A DNA stretch of 64,000 bases from Bryobacterales bacterium (GTDB lineage Bacteria; Acidobacteriota; Terriglobia; Bryobacterales; UBA6623). A program made the translations under genes and the position numbers. Every line of letters begins with the position of its first letter. Within the stretch, counting starts at the first letter, position 1. The notes beneath the pieces were generated by a model. It saw nothing but the letters and a program-made list of their open reading frames with translations. It made no database searches and was not told the origin of the DNA. The DNA is taken from assembly GCA_965214655.1 (NCBI GenBank), contig OZ243965.1:3876050-3940049 (forward strand), in the 5' to 3' direction. Positions 8,828-19,021 of the stretch are shown here, piece after piece.

Positions 8828-10018
8828 ATGCTTACCAGACGCGAATGGGGAGTTTCCGCCGCCGCTCTGCTTGGCGCCTGCGCCGCGCCGCCCGAGCCGT
8901 CTGCCGAGCCGGAAGCGCCCGCCGGGCCGCTCTACGTCGATCTGCACATCGACACGCCGTCGCGCCTTCTCAACGAAGGCCTCGACTTGGCCGAGAGCCG
9001 CGAATACACGCACGTCGATATCCCCAAGATGCGCGAGGGCGGCCTTCACGCGGGCTTTTTCGCCGTCGCCACGCCGGCCCGCAGCCAGACGCCGCTCGCG
9101 GCGGTGAAGCAGGCCCTGCGGATTATCGACACCCTTGTCGAAGAGGTGCGGCGCCACCCGGCAGACCTCTTTTTGGGAACGACGGCCGACGACGTGGAGC
9201 GCGCGCGGCGCGAAGGCAAGATCGGTGTATTCATAGGCGTCGAGGGCGGCCAAATGATCGACTCCAGCCTCGAAGTGCTGCGGCAACTCTACCGCCTCGG
9301 GGCGCGCTACATGGGCCTGACCCACAGCGGCAATACCCCTTGGGTCGGCGCCGCCGAATACGACGACGGCCCCGAGGGGCTGACCGATTTCGGCAGGGAA
9401 GTCGTCAGGGAAATGAACCGGCTGGGCATGATGATCGACATGTCGCACGCCTCCGACCGGGCCTTCTACGACGTAGTGGAGACCTCCGCCGCGCCGATTC
9501 TCAATACTCACGCGGCCTGCCGCGCGGTTGCCGGCCATCCGCGCAATCTCACCGACGACATGCTCAAGGCTCTGGCTCAAAACGGCGGGGTGCTGGGCGT
9601 TGCCTATTACGCCGCCATGCTCGATGACGACTACCGCTCGCGTTTGCCGCAATTGCGCGAGATCGGGCGGCGGCGCGGCGCGGTGCGCAAGCAGTTCGCC
9701 GGCGAAAAGCAGAAGCTCTCGGAAGAGCTTTGGAAACTCGCCAAAGCCGAGGTCGAAAAGATCGGGCGGGTACCCTTGGCCAGATTGGCGGACCACATCG
9801 AACACGCGGCGACCGTAGCCGGAATCGACCACGTGGGCATCGGCTGCGACTACGACAGCATCGGCCTGAAGGCGCCCGAAGGTCTGGATCATATCGGCCA
9901 AACCCCGAATCTCGTCGCGGCGCTGGAAGACCGCGGGTTTTCCGCGGAAGACGTCGAGAAGATCATGGGCGGCAACGCTCTGCGGGTCATGCGCAAGGCC
10001 GAGGAGGTTGCGGCGTAA
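8828..10018 (+). CDS. Membrane dipeptidase (peptidase M19 family)
   Basis: The motifs YVDLHIDTP, GVEGG, GLTHSGNTPW, DMSHAS and GIGCDYD match the renal-dipeptidase-type metal-ligand layout. Confidence 0.85.
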   Translation: MLTRREWGVSAAALLGACAAPPEPSAEPEAPAGPLYVDLHIDTPSRLLNEGLDLAESREYTHVDIPKMREGGLHAGFFAVATPARSQTPLAAVKQALRIIDTLVEEVRRHPADLFLGTTADDVERARREGKIGVFIGVEGGQMIDSSLEVLRQLYRLGARYMGLTHSGNTPWVGAAEYDDGPEGLTDFGREVVREMNRLGMMIDMSHASDRAFYDVVETSAAPILNTHAACRAVAGHPRNLTDDMLKALAQNGGVLGVAYYAAMLDDDYRSRLPQLREIGRRRGAVRKQFAGEKQKLSEELWKLAKAEVEKIGRVPLARLADHIEHAATVAGIDHVGIGCDYDSIGLKAPEGLDHIGQTPNLVAALEDRGFSAEDVEKIMGGNALRVMRKAEEVAA

Positions 10019-10079
10019 GAGCGCCGCCGCTGTTGCCTTGACGCCCCCGCGCGGTTATCCTGGGAAGAAGAGTCCGGGC

Positions 10080-10155
10080 GGGCGCGTAGCTCAATTGGTA
10101 GAGCAAGTGACTCTTAATCACTAGGTTCCGGGTTCGAGTCCCTGCGCGCTCACCA
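10080..10155 (+). tRNA. tRNA-Lys (anticodon CUU), CCA encoded
   Basis: Acceptor stem GGGCGCG/CGCGCUC. Anticodon stem AGTGA/TCACT with loop CT-CTT-AA. T-loop GGTTCGAGTCC. Ends in ACCA. Confidence 0.85.
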
Positions 10156-10188
10156 CCGTTGTATCTCTTGAAGCGCCCCTGCGGGCCG

Positions 10189-12996
10189 CTATTGTTTCGT
10201 AACCCAGATCGGGCTCGACCAGGCGACGTTCCCGTCTTCTTGCTCGACGCGCACGTAATAGTAGTGCTCGCCCGCCTCGAGCGACTGCTCGCGGAAAGCG
10301 AAGTCCATCCGCTCGCCTTCGCCTTTGCGCGTGTGGACGTATTGGTTGTCGCGCACCACGGCGACTTCCTTGATAGCGCCGGTTCCGCGGATCGTCGCCG
10401 TCACGGTCGGGATGGACGATGCGGCGAGCTCGTCTCCCTGAATCCACTCCGCATCGCCGGCGCGCATCCGGTAGTCGAGAACGATGTTGCTCGTCGCGGC
10501 GTAGGTGTGTCTCTTGCGCATGGCGTCGACGAGGCCCTGCCGGGTGTAGTCTTCGGCGAGCGCCATGGCGTACGAAGTGTGCGTCGAGACGTGATCCGAG
10601 CTGGCTTGCACGCCGAGCTTGTAGCCTTTTTCCCAGGCCAGCCAGACGAAGCCCTTGGGACGGTAGTTGCCGGCCCAAAGGTCGCTGCGCGCGGCGGACG
10701 AGGCCAGCGGCGCGCCTTCATGCTCGGCCGACGTGCGCGCGCCCTGGAAGATTTCGACGATCGGCTCCAGCTCGGGATCGTTGTCGCGCCAATCGGTGCC
10801 CATCGTCGTGTGCGAGGTGTGCGAGGTGGCGATGCCGTTTTGCTTGCGCAGCGCGTCGTAGAGGAACGGCCCGGTGCTGGAGTCGCGTTCTTCCCGGGTA
10901 ATCAGAATCGGCCTGCGCCCGCGCTCGGTCAGGATGATGTTGCGGTGGCCGTTGGGGTACGACATGCTGCGCTCGTAGCCGAACAGCGTCACGAACCGGC
11001 CCGGCACGTGGAACATGTCTTCGGCCTTCTCGGTCCGCCACCAATTGTACTCCGTGTCGTTCCCCCCGCCTTTGTGATCCGTGACCAGGAAAAAGTCCAT
11101 CGCTGCGGCGTCCATCATGTAGCGGAAGGCGTCGTACAGCGAGCCGTCGCCCGAGCCGTCGAGCGAGATGTCGGTGTGGCGGTGCAGGTCTCCGCGGTAG
11201 ATTTTGTAGCGCTTGCCGCCCGAGCGGATCGTATAGTTGCGAATCGCCGCGACCTGCTCGGCCTCGCGGGGCTCGAGCGGCAGCATCGCCGGATTTTCCT
11301 TGCCGCGCGGCCCGAGGACGAACGGCTCGATCTTCTCCGCGCGGAACTGTGCGGAAAGCTCGGCAAAGAAGATTTGGTTTTCCTTGGGGTAGTGGCCGAA
11401 GGTCGGCCCGCCCCAGAGTTTCTGATCCGTTGTCCAGGAGGCGAACATCTCGCCGCCAGGGCCGGCGGCCGCATCCAGCGGACCCTCGTTGCGCCCGACG
11501 CTTTCGGGGATGCCGAACGGGTCCGCCCAGCGTCCGCCGGAGTAGTAGGTCGCCGCCGCTTCCCATTTGCCTCCGGCGGCCCAAAGCGACTCCGGCTTGG
11601 TGGCGCGCACCCGCGGCCGCAGCAGCAGCCACATGCGGCCCCGGTTGTCGGGCGCCAGCTTCGGCGTCTGCACGTAGCGCCGCACGCTGGGCCGGAAGCG
11701 GCGGTTGGCATCGTCCAGCGGGGCCAGCCACTCGCTGCCGTTCCAGATGGCGACCCGGCTGGCGCGCGATTGATAGATGCCGCTCCCGCCGCGCAGAAGA
11801 AAGCCCGTATCCTTGCCCCAGTTCTCTTCCGATTCGTCGTAAGCGATCCAGACGCGGTCTTCGGCGTCGACGGCAACGCTGGGGCTGCCGTGATAGCGGG
11901 GCGTGTCGGTAACTTTCATCAAGTCGCCCGCGCGTCCTTCGCGCACCGGCCGCATGCGGATGTTGTAGCTGCCGCCCTCGTAGCTGTCCCAGACGACCCA
12001 GGCCGTTCCTTTGGTGTCGGCGGCGATATCGGGGCGCCACTCGTTGGCCGCCGCTCCCGGATCGCTCAGCGGGAGCTCGTCGGACCAGGCCGAGCCGTCG
12101 AACAATTTGTAGTAGATCGCCGAAAACCCCTTGCGCGCCGATTGCCAGGCGGCGTGCAGGTTCCCCCGGCTGTCGCTCGCCATGACGGGAAAGAGGTCGT
12201 TGCCCTTGCCCGGCGTAATCGTCTGGGGCGCGTTCCACGAGCCGCCCGAGCGCCGGGCGTGCATCAGACGCCAGTTCCCCGCGAAGCGCTTGGACCAAAC
12301 CAGGTGCAGCGCGCCCTCGGCGTCGTAGGCCGCGGCCAAGCCCTGCAAATCCCCGGAAGCTTCCGGCACGCGGGCGATCTCGCCCCAGGAACCGTTGACC
12401 CGTTCCCGCACGAAAACCTGGTCGTTCTCGTTTTTATAGCCGATCCAGGCCAGCGACAGAACTCCTTCGCCGGAGACGGCCATGACGGAATAGTCGTCTT
12501 CGAACTCGTCCGTCGTTACCGCCTCGACCGGCGGCACGCGGCGCAATTCGACGCGCGTGGACAGGATGTGCATCGCATCCGACGGCGGCAAGTCGGAAGG
12601 TTGGAAAAAGAAGTCTCCGTTCACCGTCGTGACGGAGATCACGGCGTCCTCGGGGGCGCGGTAGTACGCGGTCACGCCGACCGTCTGCACCCGCGTGACG
12701 TGCGGGAAGGGCAGTTCATGGGGATGCATGCCGCCCGTGGGCTGCACCCAGGGGTCGGTGCGGGCCGTCCACGAGTTGTCCGCGCCGATCGACTCGCCTT
12801 CCTTGAACCGGTGTCCGCGAAGCTCGACGATCTCTCCCTTGTCGATGCTCAGCGAGCCGTTCCACGAGCGGGGTTCGTGGTCTTTGATGCCGAACTCGAT
12901 ATTGAGGGCTCGCAAAGGATATTCCGCGGCAAAAGCCGGCAGCGCGAGAACGAGTGCAAGCAGCGTGGGAGCAAGGCGTGTCATGGGCGCCTCCAT
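10189..12996 (-). CDS. Large secreted protein: repeat-rich N-terminal half plus PHP-type (CehA/McbA- or DUF3604-like) metallohydrolase region
   Basis: Signal peptide MTRLAPTLLALVLALPAFA. Later, GDLHRHTDISLDGSGDGS...FFLVTDH...GYERS...HRN gives a His-rich metal-site pattern. The exact family is not resolved. Confidence 0.65.
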   Translation of the reverse strand: MEAPMTRLAPTLLALVLALPAFAAEYPLRALNIEFGIKDHEPRSWNGSLSIDKGEIVELRGHRFKEGESIGADNSWTARTDPWVQPTGGMHPHELPFPHVTRVQTVGVTAYYRAPEDAVISVTTVNGDFFFQPSDLPPSDAMHILSTRVELRRVPPVEAVTTDEFEDDYSVMAVSGEGVLSLAWIGYKNENDQVFVRERVNGSWGEIARVPEASGDLQGLAAAYDAEGALHLVWSKRFAGNWRLMHARRSGGSWNAPQTITPGKGNDLFPVMASDSRGNLHAAWQSARKGFSAIYYKLFDGSAWSDELPLSDPGAAANEWRPDIAADTKGTAWVVWDSYEGGSYNIRMRPVREGRAGDLMKVTDTPRYHGSPSVAVDAEDRVWIAYDESEENWGKDTGFLLRGGSGIYQSRASRVAIWNGSEWLAPLDDANRRFRPSVRRYVQTPKLAPDNRGRMWLLLRPRVRATKPESLWAAGGKWEAAATYYSGGRWADPFGIPESVGRNEGPLDAAAGPGGEMFASWTTDQKLWGGPTFGHYPKENQIFFAELSAQFRAEKIEPFVLGPRGKENPAMLPLEPREAEQVAAIRNYTIRSGGKRYKIYRGDLHRHTDISLDGSGDGSLYDAFRYMMDAAAMDFFLVTDHKGGGNDTEYNWWRTEKAEDMFHVPGRFVTLFGYERSMSYPNGHRNIILTERGRRPILITREERDSSTGPFLYDALRKQNGIATSHTSHTTMGTDWRDNDPELEPIVEIFQGARTSAEHEGAPLASSAARSDLWAGNYRPKGFVWLAWEKGYKLGVQASSDHVSTHTSYAMALAEDYTRQGLVDAMRKRHTYAATSNIVLDYRMRAGDAEWIQGDELAASSIPTVTATIRGTGAIKEVAVVRDNQYVHTRKGEGERMDFAFREQSLEAGEHYYYVRVEQEDGNVAWSSPIWVTKQ

Positions 12997-13089
12997 TATG
13001 CGCGAAACCGACGGCGAAACGTATCCGTTGCTGTATTCTTTCGGTCGATTTCGGGCCGGAGCGGCGGGAAACGGGGAACAGGCCGTGGA

Positions 13090-14109
13090 CTACGGGCGTT
13101 CGAGCCGCCGAACCACAAGCTTTCTGAACTCGACCGCCCCGCGGTCCCCTTGCAGGGTAATCGGGCCCGGCTCGGCCTCGCGCCAATCGGTGGCCAGCGC
13201 CGTCAAGCCTTCCGCCGTTGCCTTGTCGATGACTTTGCGGCCGTTCAGCACGACGGTCAGATCGCGTCCGATCAGCGTGACGTCCAACGTCTGCAGGCTT
13301 TCCGCGGGCCTGCCGGCGTTCACGCTCGGCGCGATGCGGCCGCGCAGCGCGCCGCTGCTTTTGGGTGAAGGCGGCCGGCCGTGGTCGCCGGCGATTTGGA
13401 TCTCGTAGCGCCCGCGCAGCCCGATGCCGCTGTCCGCGCGCGTCCCGATGCGGTATTCGGCATGCATCTCGAAGTTCCAGAATTTCTCTTTGGAAACCAG
13501 GATGTCGGCGTTTTCGCTGTTGCGCAGCACGCCGTCCCGGAGAGGCCATTCCGATTCGCGGCCGGGCCGCAGCGTGGACCATGCCTCGGCGATGCTTTGC
13601 CCGTCCAGCAGATCGACCGCTGCGCCCTTGCGCCACGAGCCGTCGTCGCGGTCGGCGATCGCGGGCGCGCGGCGCCCCACCCATTCCATCTCGGGGTCGC
13701 CCGAGCGCGTGGCGCCGTGCAACTCATCGCCGACCAGCCGCGCATGCGACCGCGTCGACTCGGTGCGCAGCGTCTCGCCGCGTCCGCGGCGATGCTCGAC
13801 ATGATAGGTCAGCACGCCGTCGACAATCTTGGCGCCGCGGATGGGGTCCATCTCCTCGCCCGAAGCGCCGCCGACCGCGAAACCGCCGACCGCGCCGCTG
13901 CCGGCGCCTTCGATCATGAGCCAGAGTACGCGCCCCGCCGGGTGTTCTTCGGGCGCGAGGAGCCACCGTCCGTTGAATCCCTCGTCGGGCCGGGCGGCCT
14001 GCCCGTGCAAGAGCGCGGCGGACAGCAGGGCCGCCGAAAAAAGCAGCCGGCAAGGGCAAGACCAGCGGCCGCCGGCGTTGCGCTTGCCTGTCAGGCGAGC
14101 GGCGTGCAT
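13090..14109 (-). CDS. DUF1080 (3-keto-disaccharide hydrolase-like) domain secreted protein
   Basis: WPLRDGVL...FWNFEMHAEYRI...DSGIGLRGRYEIQI...LDVTLIGRDLTVVLNGRKV...ITLQGDRGAVEFRKLVV matches the DUF1080 pattern. Confidence 0.7.
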   Translation of the reverse strand: MHAARLTGKRNAGGRWSCPCRLLFSAALLSAALLHGQAARPDEGFNGRWLLAPEEHPAGRVLWLMIEGAGSGAVGGFAVGGASGEEMDPIRGAKIVDGVLTYHVEHRRGRGETLRTESTRSHARLVGDELHGATRSGDPEMEWVGRRAPAIADRDDGSWRKGAAVDLLDGQSIAEAWSTLRPGRESEWPLRDGVLRNSENADILVSKEKFWNFEMHAEYRIGTRADSGIGLRGRYEIQIAGDHGRPPSPKSSGALRGRIAPSVNAGRPAESLQTLDVTLIGRDLTVVLNGRKVIDKATAEGLTALATDWREAEPGPITLQGDRGAVEFRKLVVRRLERP

Positions 14110-14185
14110 CGCAATCCCCGGTTCAGTTTACACCGGCGCGGCATGACATCGATTCCGTGCGGCGGCGGGTACACTGTTTCCTGCC

Positions 14186-15454
14186 ATGTCGTTCTTTGGC
14201 CCTTTTCCGCCTATCTTGCTGCTCGCGGCCGTTATGGCGGGCTGCGGCGCGCCCGAGAGGGGTAATTTCGAAGCGGTCGGAAACGGCTGGCCGCGCCACG
14301 TCATCGACGATTCCTCGTTCGGCGCGGACGGCGTGCGCATGGGCGACATCGACGGCGATGGCCGACTCGACGTCACCTCTCCCTGGGAGCAGGGCGGGCT
14401 GGTGCGGGTTTACCGCAACCCGGGCGCATCCGGGTTGCGCGAGCGCTGGCCGGCCGTCACCGTCGGGGAAGTCGGCGACCCCGAAGATTCCTTTTTCGTC
14501 GATCTGGACGGCGACGGCAACCTCGACGTCGTCAGCTCGTGCGAGGGCGACACGCGCGCGATTTACGTTCATTGGGCGCCGGCGGACCGCTCGCGGCTGC
14601 TGGATGCGGACGCCTGGACGACCGAAGAGCTCCCCGCGGCCGCGGGCACAGGCCAATGGATGTTCGCCTTCGCCATGCAAGCGGACGGCAAAGCGGGTGT
14701 CGATCTCGTCGCGGGATCAAAGGGTGAGGGCGCCGCGCTCGGCTGGTTTGAGGCACCCGAGAACCCCCGCGATCTCAGCGCCTGGCGCTGGCGGCCGCTC
14801 TATCGGGCCGGCTGGCTGATGACTCTGCGCCCGAGCGACATCGACGGCGACGGCGATCTCGATATCGTGGCGACCGACCGCAGGGGCCCGCGCCGCGGCG
14901 CTTTCTGGCTGGAGAATCCCGGCGCAGCCGCGGCGGCCGCTGCGCCCTGGACGGAACATCGCATCGGCGCCGTGAATGCTTACGAGGCGATGCACAATGC
15001 CGTCGCAGACCTTGACGGCGACGGCCTGGAAGACGTGCTCGTCGCCGTCAAGGGCGGCCCCCTTCGCTATCACCGCCGCAGCGGGCGTTTGCCGCCGGCG
15101 TGGGAAACCCACGCCATTGCGCTGCCGCCGAACGCCGGCGGCGGCAAGGCCGTCCAAGCGGCCGACATCGACCTCAACGGCCGGCTGGACCTGGTCGTCT
15201 CCTGCGAGCATGCGACCGACGGCAAAAGCGGGGTCGTCTGGTTGTCGTACGACCGCGAGCCGACGGAGGAGCGCTGGCGCGCCACGTCGATCAGCGGCCC
15301 CGACGGCTTCATTTTCGACTTGGTGCGGATCATCGACCTCGACGAGGACGGCGACCCGGACGCGGTCACGCTGGAAGAAAAGGGGCCGTACCTGGCGCGC
15401 GGTTACCAGGGCAGGGAACTGGGAGTGGTCTGGTACGAGAATCCGGCCCGCTGA
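14186..15454 (+). CDS. FG-GAP/VCBS-repeat lipoprotein
   Basis: Lipobox LLLAAVMAGC. Repeated Ca-binding-like motifs DIDGDGRLDV, DLDGDGNLDVV, DIDGDGDLDIV, DLDGDGLEDV, DLDEDGDPDAV. Confidence 0.8.
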   Translation: MSFFGPFPPILLLAAVMAGCGAPERGNFEAVGNGWPRHVIDDSSFGADGVRMGDIDGDGRLDVTSPWEQGGLVRVYRNPGASGLRERWPAVTVGEVGDPEDSFFVDLDGDGNLDVVSSCEGDTRAIYVHWAPADRSRLLDADAWTTEELPAAAGTGQWMFAFAMQADGKAGVDLVAGSKGEGAALGWFEAPENPRDLSAWRWRPLYRAGWLMTLRPSDIDGDGDLDIVATDRRGPRRGAFWLENPGAAAAAAAPWTEHRIGAVNAYEAMHNAVADLDGDGLEDVLVAVKGGPLRYHRRSGRLPPAWETHAIALPPNAGGGKAVQAADIDLNGRLDLVVSCEHATDGKSGVVWLSYDREPTEERWRATSISGPDGFIFDLVRIIDLDEDGDPDAVTLEEKGPYLARGYQGRELGVVWYENPAR

Positions 15455-15474
15455 AAGCCGCCCGAACAGCCTTT

Positions 15475-16869
15475 TTACGTCTGGAAATGCTTTTGAACCA
15501 CGTCTTGAAAAAACCGTTTGCATATATTGTCAATTTTATATGGTCGAGATGGCCCAGAAGATGAATATGATTTTTCTATAAATCTCTCGTTTTTTTGCTT
15601 ATACCCAATTTCAATTATATTCGGAATATTCGACTGGGAATGTGAAAGAACAGAAAGGCGCTCATAATGAAAAGAGCCGACAGGATTTTCTCGTGCAATA
15701 TGCAGGGTTACATCTGTGTCAGCTTTTAATTCATAGGATGGTGATCCGAAAAAAAATAAATAACGGGCGGCTTTATTTTCTCTTTTAAAATCTACTCTAA
15801 AAAACCAAGTTCTTTTGGTGGATTTTCCGTTTCGTAACCCCAGGTACTTCTCAAATTCAAGTTGCCCAAAATCTCGAACCCAAATACGACCTGCATTACT
15901 AGTTTCATCTATAGATTTCGCGATTTGTACAAAATAGCTTTTTAATAATTCCATAGCATTTTTCCAAACTTCGTACTCATTCCTCGCATGAATAATTGCT
16001 TGTTCTGAAAAACTTGCAGCAAGTGAGGCAGCCCATTCTTCGTTTTCTTGTTGTCTTTTTGCAGCTTCTTCATATTCTTCTAGGCTTTCATAAAGACTCT
16101 CTATTATCAACGCGAGGAACGGTGATAGATCTGAACTTTGAGATATTTTAAGGGCATCGTAATATCGAATTCGGTCCTCTTTTGTGATTATTGCGATAGG
16201 GTATCCATAGCGCATGAAAATGAGATTCATTAAAAGTCTGGCTACACGTCCATTGCCGTCAGTAAACGGATGAATATAAACAAGCCATGTATGTGCCACA
16301 GCAGCCATTAAGATTCCATTCATTGTATTCATTCTATCGACTACAATAGATGATTGTTTCAGCCAATCTCCGAATATTTGCATTTCCGGGGAAACAGACT
16401 CAGGGCGTGGTGGTTCAAAATCTGATCCGCTTATTTTTACTGGAACAGTCCGATATTTCCCAGCATTAGTATCATCAATTCCTTTCAAAACAAAACGGTG
16501 TAACTCCCGAATGTCTATTTCGGAAATAGGATTTTGTAAATCTCCAGCAAGTTGTTCTAGGAAGTCCAGAGCATCTGACAAGTTTTTTGCTTCTGCTTGA
16601 TCTTTTAGAGATTTCCCTGTAATTGTAAGGCCACGCTCGATCACTTGTCTTGTTTCACCAACGGTGAGTTCATTGCCTTCGATAGCACTCGAATGATAAA
16701 TGTTCTTAATCCTAAAGTATCTCCGGATATTGCCGAGTACTTCCGGGCTGAGCGCTCCACGGTCGCGAAGACTTTTCACTCTATCCGCGATTTTTTGAAG
16801 CTTGTCAGTCTGTGATGAGTCATAAGAGTATAGAGTGCCTTCGATATCGATATTGGAGTTCGTGGTCAT
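15475..16869 (-). CDS. Fic-domain protein (putative AMPylase) with N-terminal inhibitory-helix motif and a long unassigned C-terminal region
   Basis: Canonical Fic motif HPFTDGNGRVAR. Upstream SSAIEGN fits [ST]xxxE[GN]. The gene lies in a visibly AT-rich block that contrasts with GC-rich flanks. Confidence 0.9.
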   Translation of the reverse strand: MTTNSNIDIEGTLYSYDSSQTDKLQKIADRVKSLRDRGALSPEVLGNIRRYFRIKNIYHSSAIEGNELTVGETRQVIERGLTITGKSLKDQAEAKNLSDALDFLEQLAGDLQNPISEIDIRELHRFVLKGIDDTNAGKYRTVPVKISGSDFEPPRPESVSPEMQIFGDWLKQSSIVVDRMNTMNGILMAAVAHTWLVYIHPFTDGNGRVARLLMNLIFMRYGYPIAIITKEDRIRYYDALKISQSSDLSPFLALIIESLYESLEEYEEAAKRQQENEEWAASLAASFSEQAIIHARNEYEVWKNAMELLKSYFVQIAKSIDETSNAGRIWVRDFGQLEFEKYLGLRNGKSTKRTWFFRVDFKRENKAARYLFFFGSPSYELKADTDVTLHIARENPVGSFHYERLSVLSHSQSNIPNIIEIGYKQKNERFIEKSYSSSGPSRPYKIDNICKRFFQDVVQKHFQT

Positions 16870-17003
16870 TGCTAATTGTTTCTCCTATGGAGCTTTGATA
16901 TTGCAGGATACCATAGGGGTGTTCCGTTTTCGGGCTGCCCGGTACGCATGGCGTACATTATATTAGCAAGCCGCCGAGTCTGCTCCCGCCTCCGGCGCTG
17001 CGA

Positions 17004-18371
17004 TCAAGACGCCGCCGCCGCTTGCCGGCGATCGCTTCCGCCGTTTTCCAGCGGCAGGGCCAGCAGCAGCCCCAGCATTACCAACAAGGGGAACTCATCG
17101 AAGATCGTTCCGCTAAACATGCTCCAGAGGGCCAGCAGGCCGATCAGGAACATGCCCGGCAAGAAGCGCAGTCTGTAGAAGCTGCGAAAACCGGCTGTCA
17201 GCAATGCAATGTAGCAAAGGAACCCCAAAATGCCGAAATCGATCCACATTGCGAAGTAAGTATTGTGAGGAAGGATACTTTGGCGACCGCTGAACCGGGT
17301 TCCGTGCCCCCAAATCGGAGAAGCCGCAATCGCTTCAAGAGCGTTCTGCAGGGCGATCAGCCTCGGTGTCTCAAGGTACGCATATTCGCCGTCCGTCCGC
17401 GGGGCCGGCGCAGCGCGCCTTTCCCGCGTCCAGCGCATGCTGTCGTTCCGTTCGGATAATTTTTTGATCTCGTCCTCTTCGCGGATATCGACACGGTGAT
17501 AAAACCAATTCTCGGTCAAGCGGTCGACCCTTTCCCGGGCTGCTTCAGTCGAGAAGAACCCGAAGAACGATATAGAGACCCAAACGGCAACGACCAGGAG
17601 GACGGTCCCGGCGCCGAGAGCGAGACAAAGGAACAAACGGCGGCCGGGAGAGCGTGCAACCGCAACCAGCAAATAACCGCAGCACAGCAGCAGATAGGTC
17701 AGCGATCCCCCCCTGGACAGGGTCGGAAAGATGGTCAGACCCGCCAAGCCAAGCGCGGACAGGCCGGCTATGGAGGGGAGGCGGTGGGCCAGCAACGGCA
17801 CGGCCAGCATGGAAACCATATAAGCTCCCGTATTGGGATTCATGGCCAAGCCGGCCGCCTCCGTTATCCGAAAAGAAAACGTGCCGGGCCGCCAGACATC
17901 TACCCAAACGGTCAGGCAATAGACCGCAAAGGCAACCCAAAAACAGGCTTGCGGGCATTGCCGCACATGGGGGAGCGCCGGCAGCATGGCAGCGGCGGCG
18001 CACGTGCAGAATGCAGCCGGGATGATCAGTCCATCCCTGAGAGTCGCATCGGGACGGGCGAACCAGCAAATCAAACTGAGGCCGCCCAGCGCCAAAAACG
18101 CCGACAGGAAGGTTCGATAACGGCGCAGGAAGGGGGCGGCGAGAGCCCAAAGCCGAGCCCGCAAACGTCCGCGGCCTACTGTAAGCCAGACTGCAACGGA
18201 AGCCATGCACGAGGCGAACAGGGCAATGCCGGGCACGGGCAGCCAGCCTCTGCGGACGAGCTCCTGGTCCATGCCGGTGAGGAACACCGTCAGGAAAAGG
18301 GCGAGCGGAACATGGGCGGCCGCGAACCGGGTCGGGAGCGCCCGCTCCCTGAGCGAGCCGATTCCGTTCAT
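17004..18371 (-). CDS. O-antigen ligase/polymerase-like (Wzy_C) polytopic membrane protein
   Basis: Many TM segments. The C-terminal block GHGTRFSG...LPHNTYFAMWIDFGILGF is typical of the O-antigen ligase family. Confidence 0.7.
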   Translation of the reverse strand: MNGIGSLRERALPTRFAAAHVPLALFLTVFLTGMDQELVRRGWLPVPGIALFASCMASVAVWLTVGRGRLRARLWALAAPFLRRYRTFLSAFLALGGLSLICWFARPDATLRDGLIIPAAFCTCAAAAMLPALPHVRQCPQACFWVAFAVYCLTVWVDVWRPGTFSFRITEAAGLAMNPNTGAYMVSMLAVPLLAHRLPSIAGLSALGLAGLTIFPTLSRGGSLTYLLLCCGYLLVAVARSPGRRLFLCLALGAGTVLLVVAVWVSISFFGFFSTEAARERVDRLTENWFYHRVDIREEDEIKKLSERNDSMRWTRERRAAPAPRTDGEYAYLETPRLIALQNALEAIAASPIWGHGTRFSGRQSILPHNTYFAMWIDFGILGFLCYIALLTAGFRSFYRLRFLPGMFLIGLLALWSMFSGTIFDEFPLLVMLGLLLALPLENGGSDRRQAAAAS

Positions 18372-19021
18372 CCCTTTTCAGGTCCTCCAGGCGCCGGAGG
18401 ACAACATGCCGGGGCGCCGCTCCTCCTCCGCGCGACCAGATAGGTCAACCAGGGCAGAGCGGTCACCCCGGCCCAGGCCGCTCCCACGGCCAGCAGCGCG
18501 GCCAAGCGGCCCGGCGAGTTCGCTGCTTTGCGCAAGTGGCGCCACGCGTTCGCCGCTTCTTTGTAATTCCGTGGAAGGACTTGGCCCTTCGCGTACATCA
18601 AGCCAAGTTTGAATTGAGCGCCGGCATGCCCCCGCTCCGCCGCCCGTAGGTACCACTTCAGCGCGGGCGGATAGTGCGCCGGGACCCCTCGGCCGTAGTA
18701 ATACATCGACCCGGCGTTGAACTGGGCTTCGGCGTGCCCTTGTTCCGCCGCCCGCAGATACCAGTACAGCGCTTTGACGTAGTTGCGGGGAACGTCTCGG
18801 CCCTCGGCATACATCGCCCCGAGCGTGTTTTGCGCAGCGGTGTCTCCAGGCTGCGCCTGCGAGTGCAGTTGTTCGATCGTTGTCGATTGAGCCGCTGCGG
18901 CCGCAAGGAGCGCCGCCGCCAGGATCGCAGCTTTCAGGATGAGGGCGTTCCGCCTCATCCTCGATTTCAATTTCAGCAATCCGCGCAAGGGCGCCAATGC
19001 GTACGATTGTGCGTCATGCAC
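18368..19021 (-). CDS. Sel1-repeat protein with C-terminal membrane anchor
   Basis: Three Sel1-like units (AQNTLGAMYAEGRDVPRNYVKALYWYLRAAEQGHAEAQFNAGSMYYYGRGVP...). There is a 4-nt overlap with the downstream gene. Confidence 0.8.
   Translation of the reverse strand: MHDAQSYALAPLRGLLKLKSRMRRNALILKAAILAAALLAAAAAQSTTIEQLHSQAQPGDTAAQNTLGAMYAEGRDVPRNYVKALYWYLRAAEQGHAEAQFNAGSMYYYGRGVPAHYPPALKWYLRAAERGHAGAQFKLGLMYAKGQVLPRNYKEAANAWRHLRKAANSPGRLAALLAVGAAWAGVTALPWLTYLVARRRSGAPACCPPAPGGPEKG

Noticed and set aside
10080-10155. tRNA-Lys as the attachment site of an integrated element.
   Set aside because: No integrase gene is adjacent. I did not notice a direct repeat of the tRNA 3' end elsewhere in the window, and the flanking genes have native composition.
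10159-13368. 1069-aa plus-strand ORF overlapping the 10189..12996 gene and part of the DUF1080 gene.
   Set aside because: It lies antisense to two genes with credible signal peptides and domain motifs. Its translation is low-complexity R/A/G/V-rich, and it begins inside the tRNA-Lys region.
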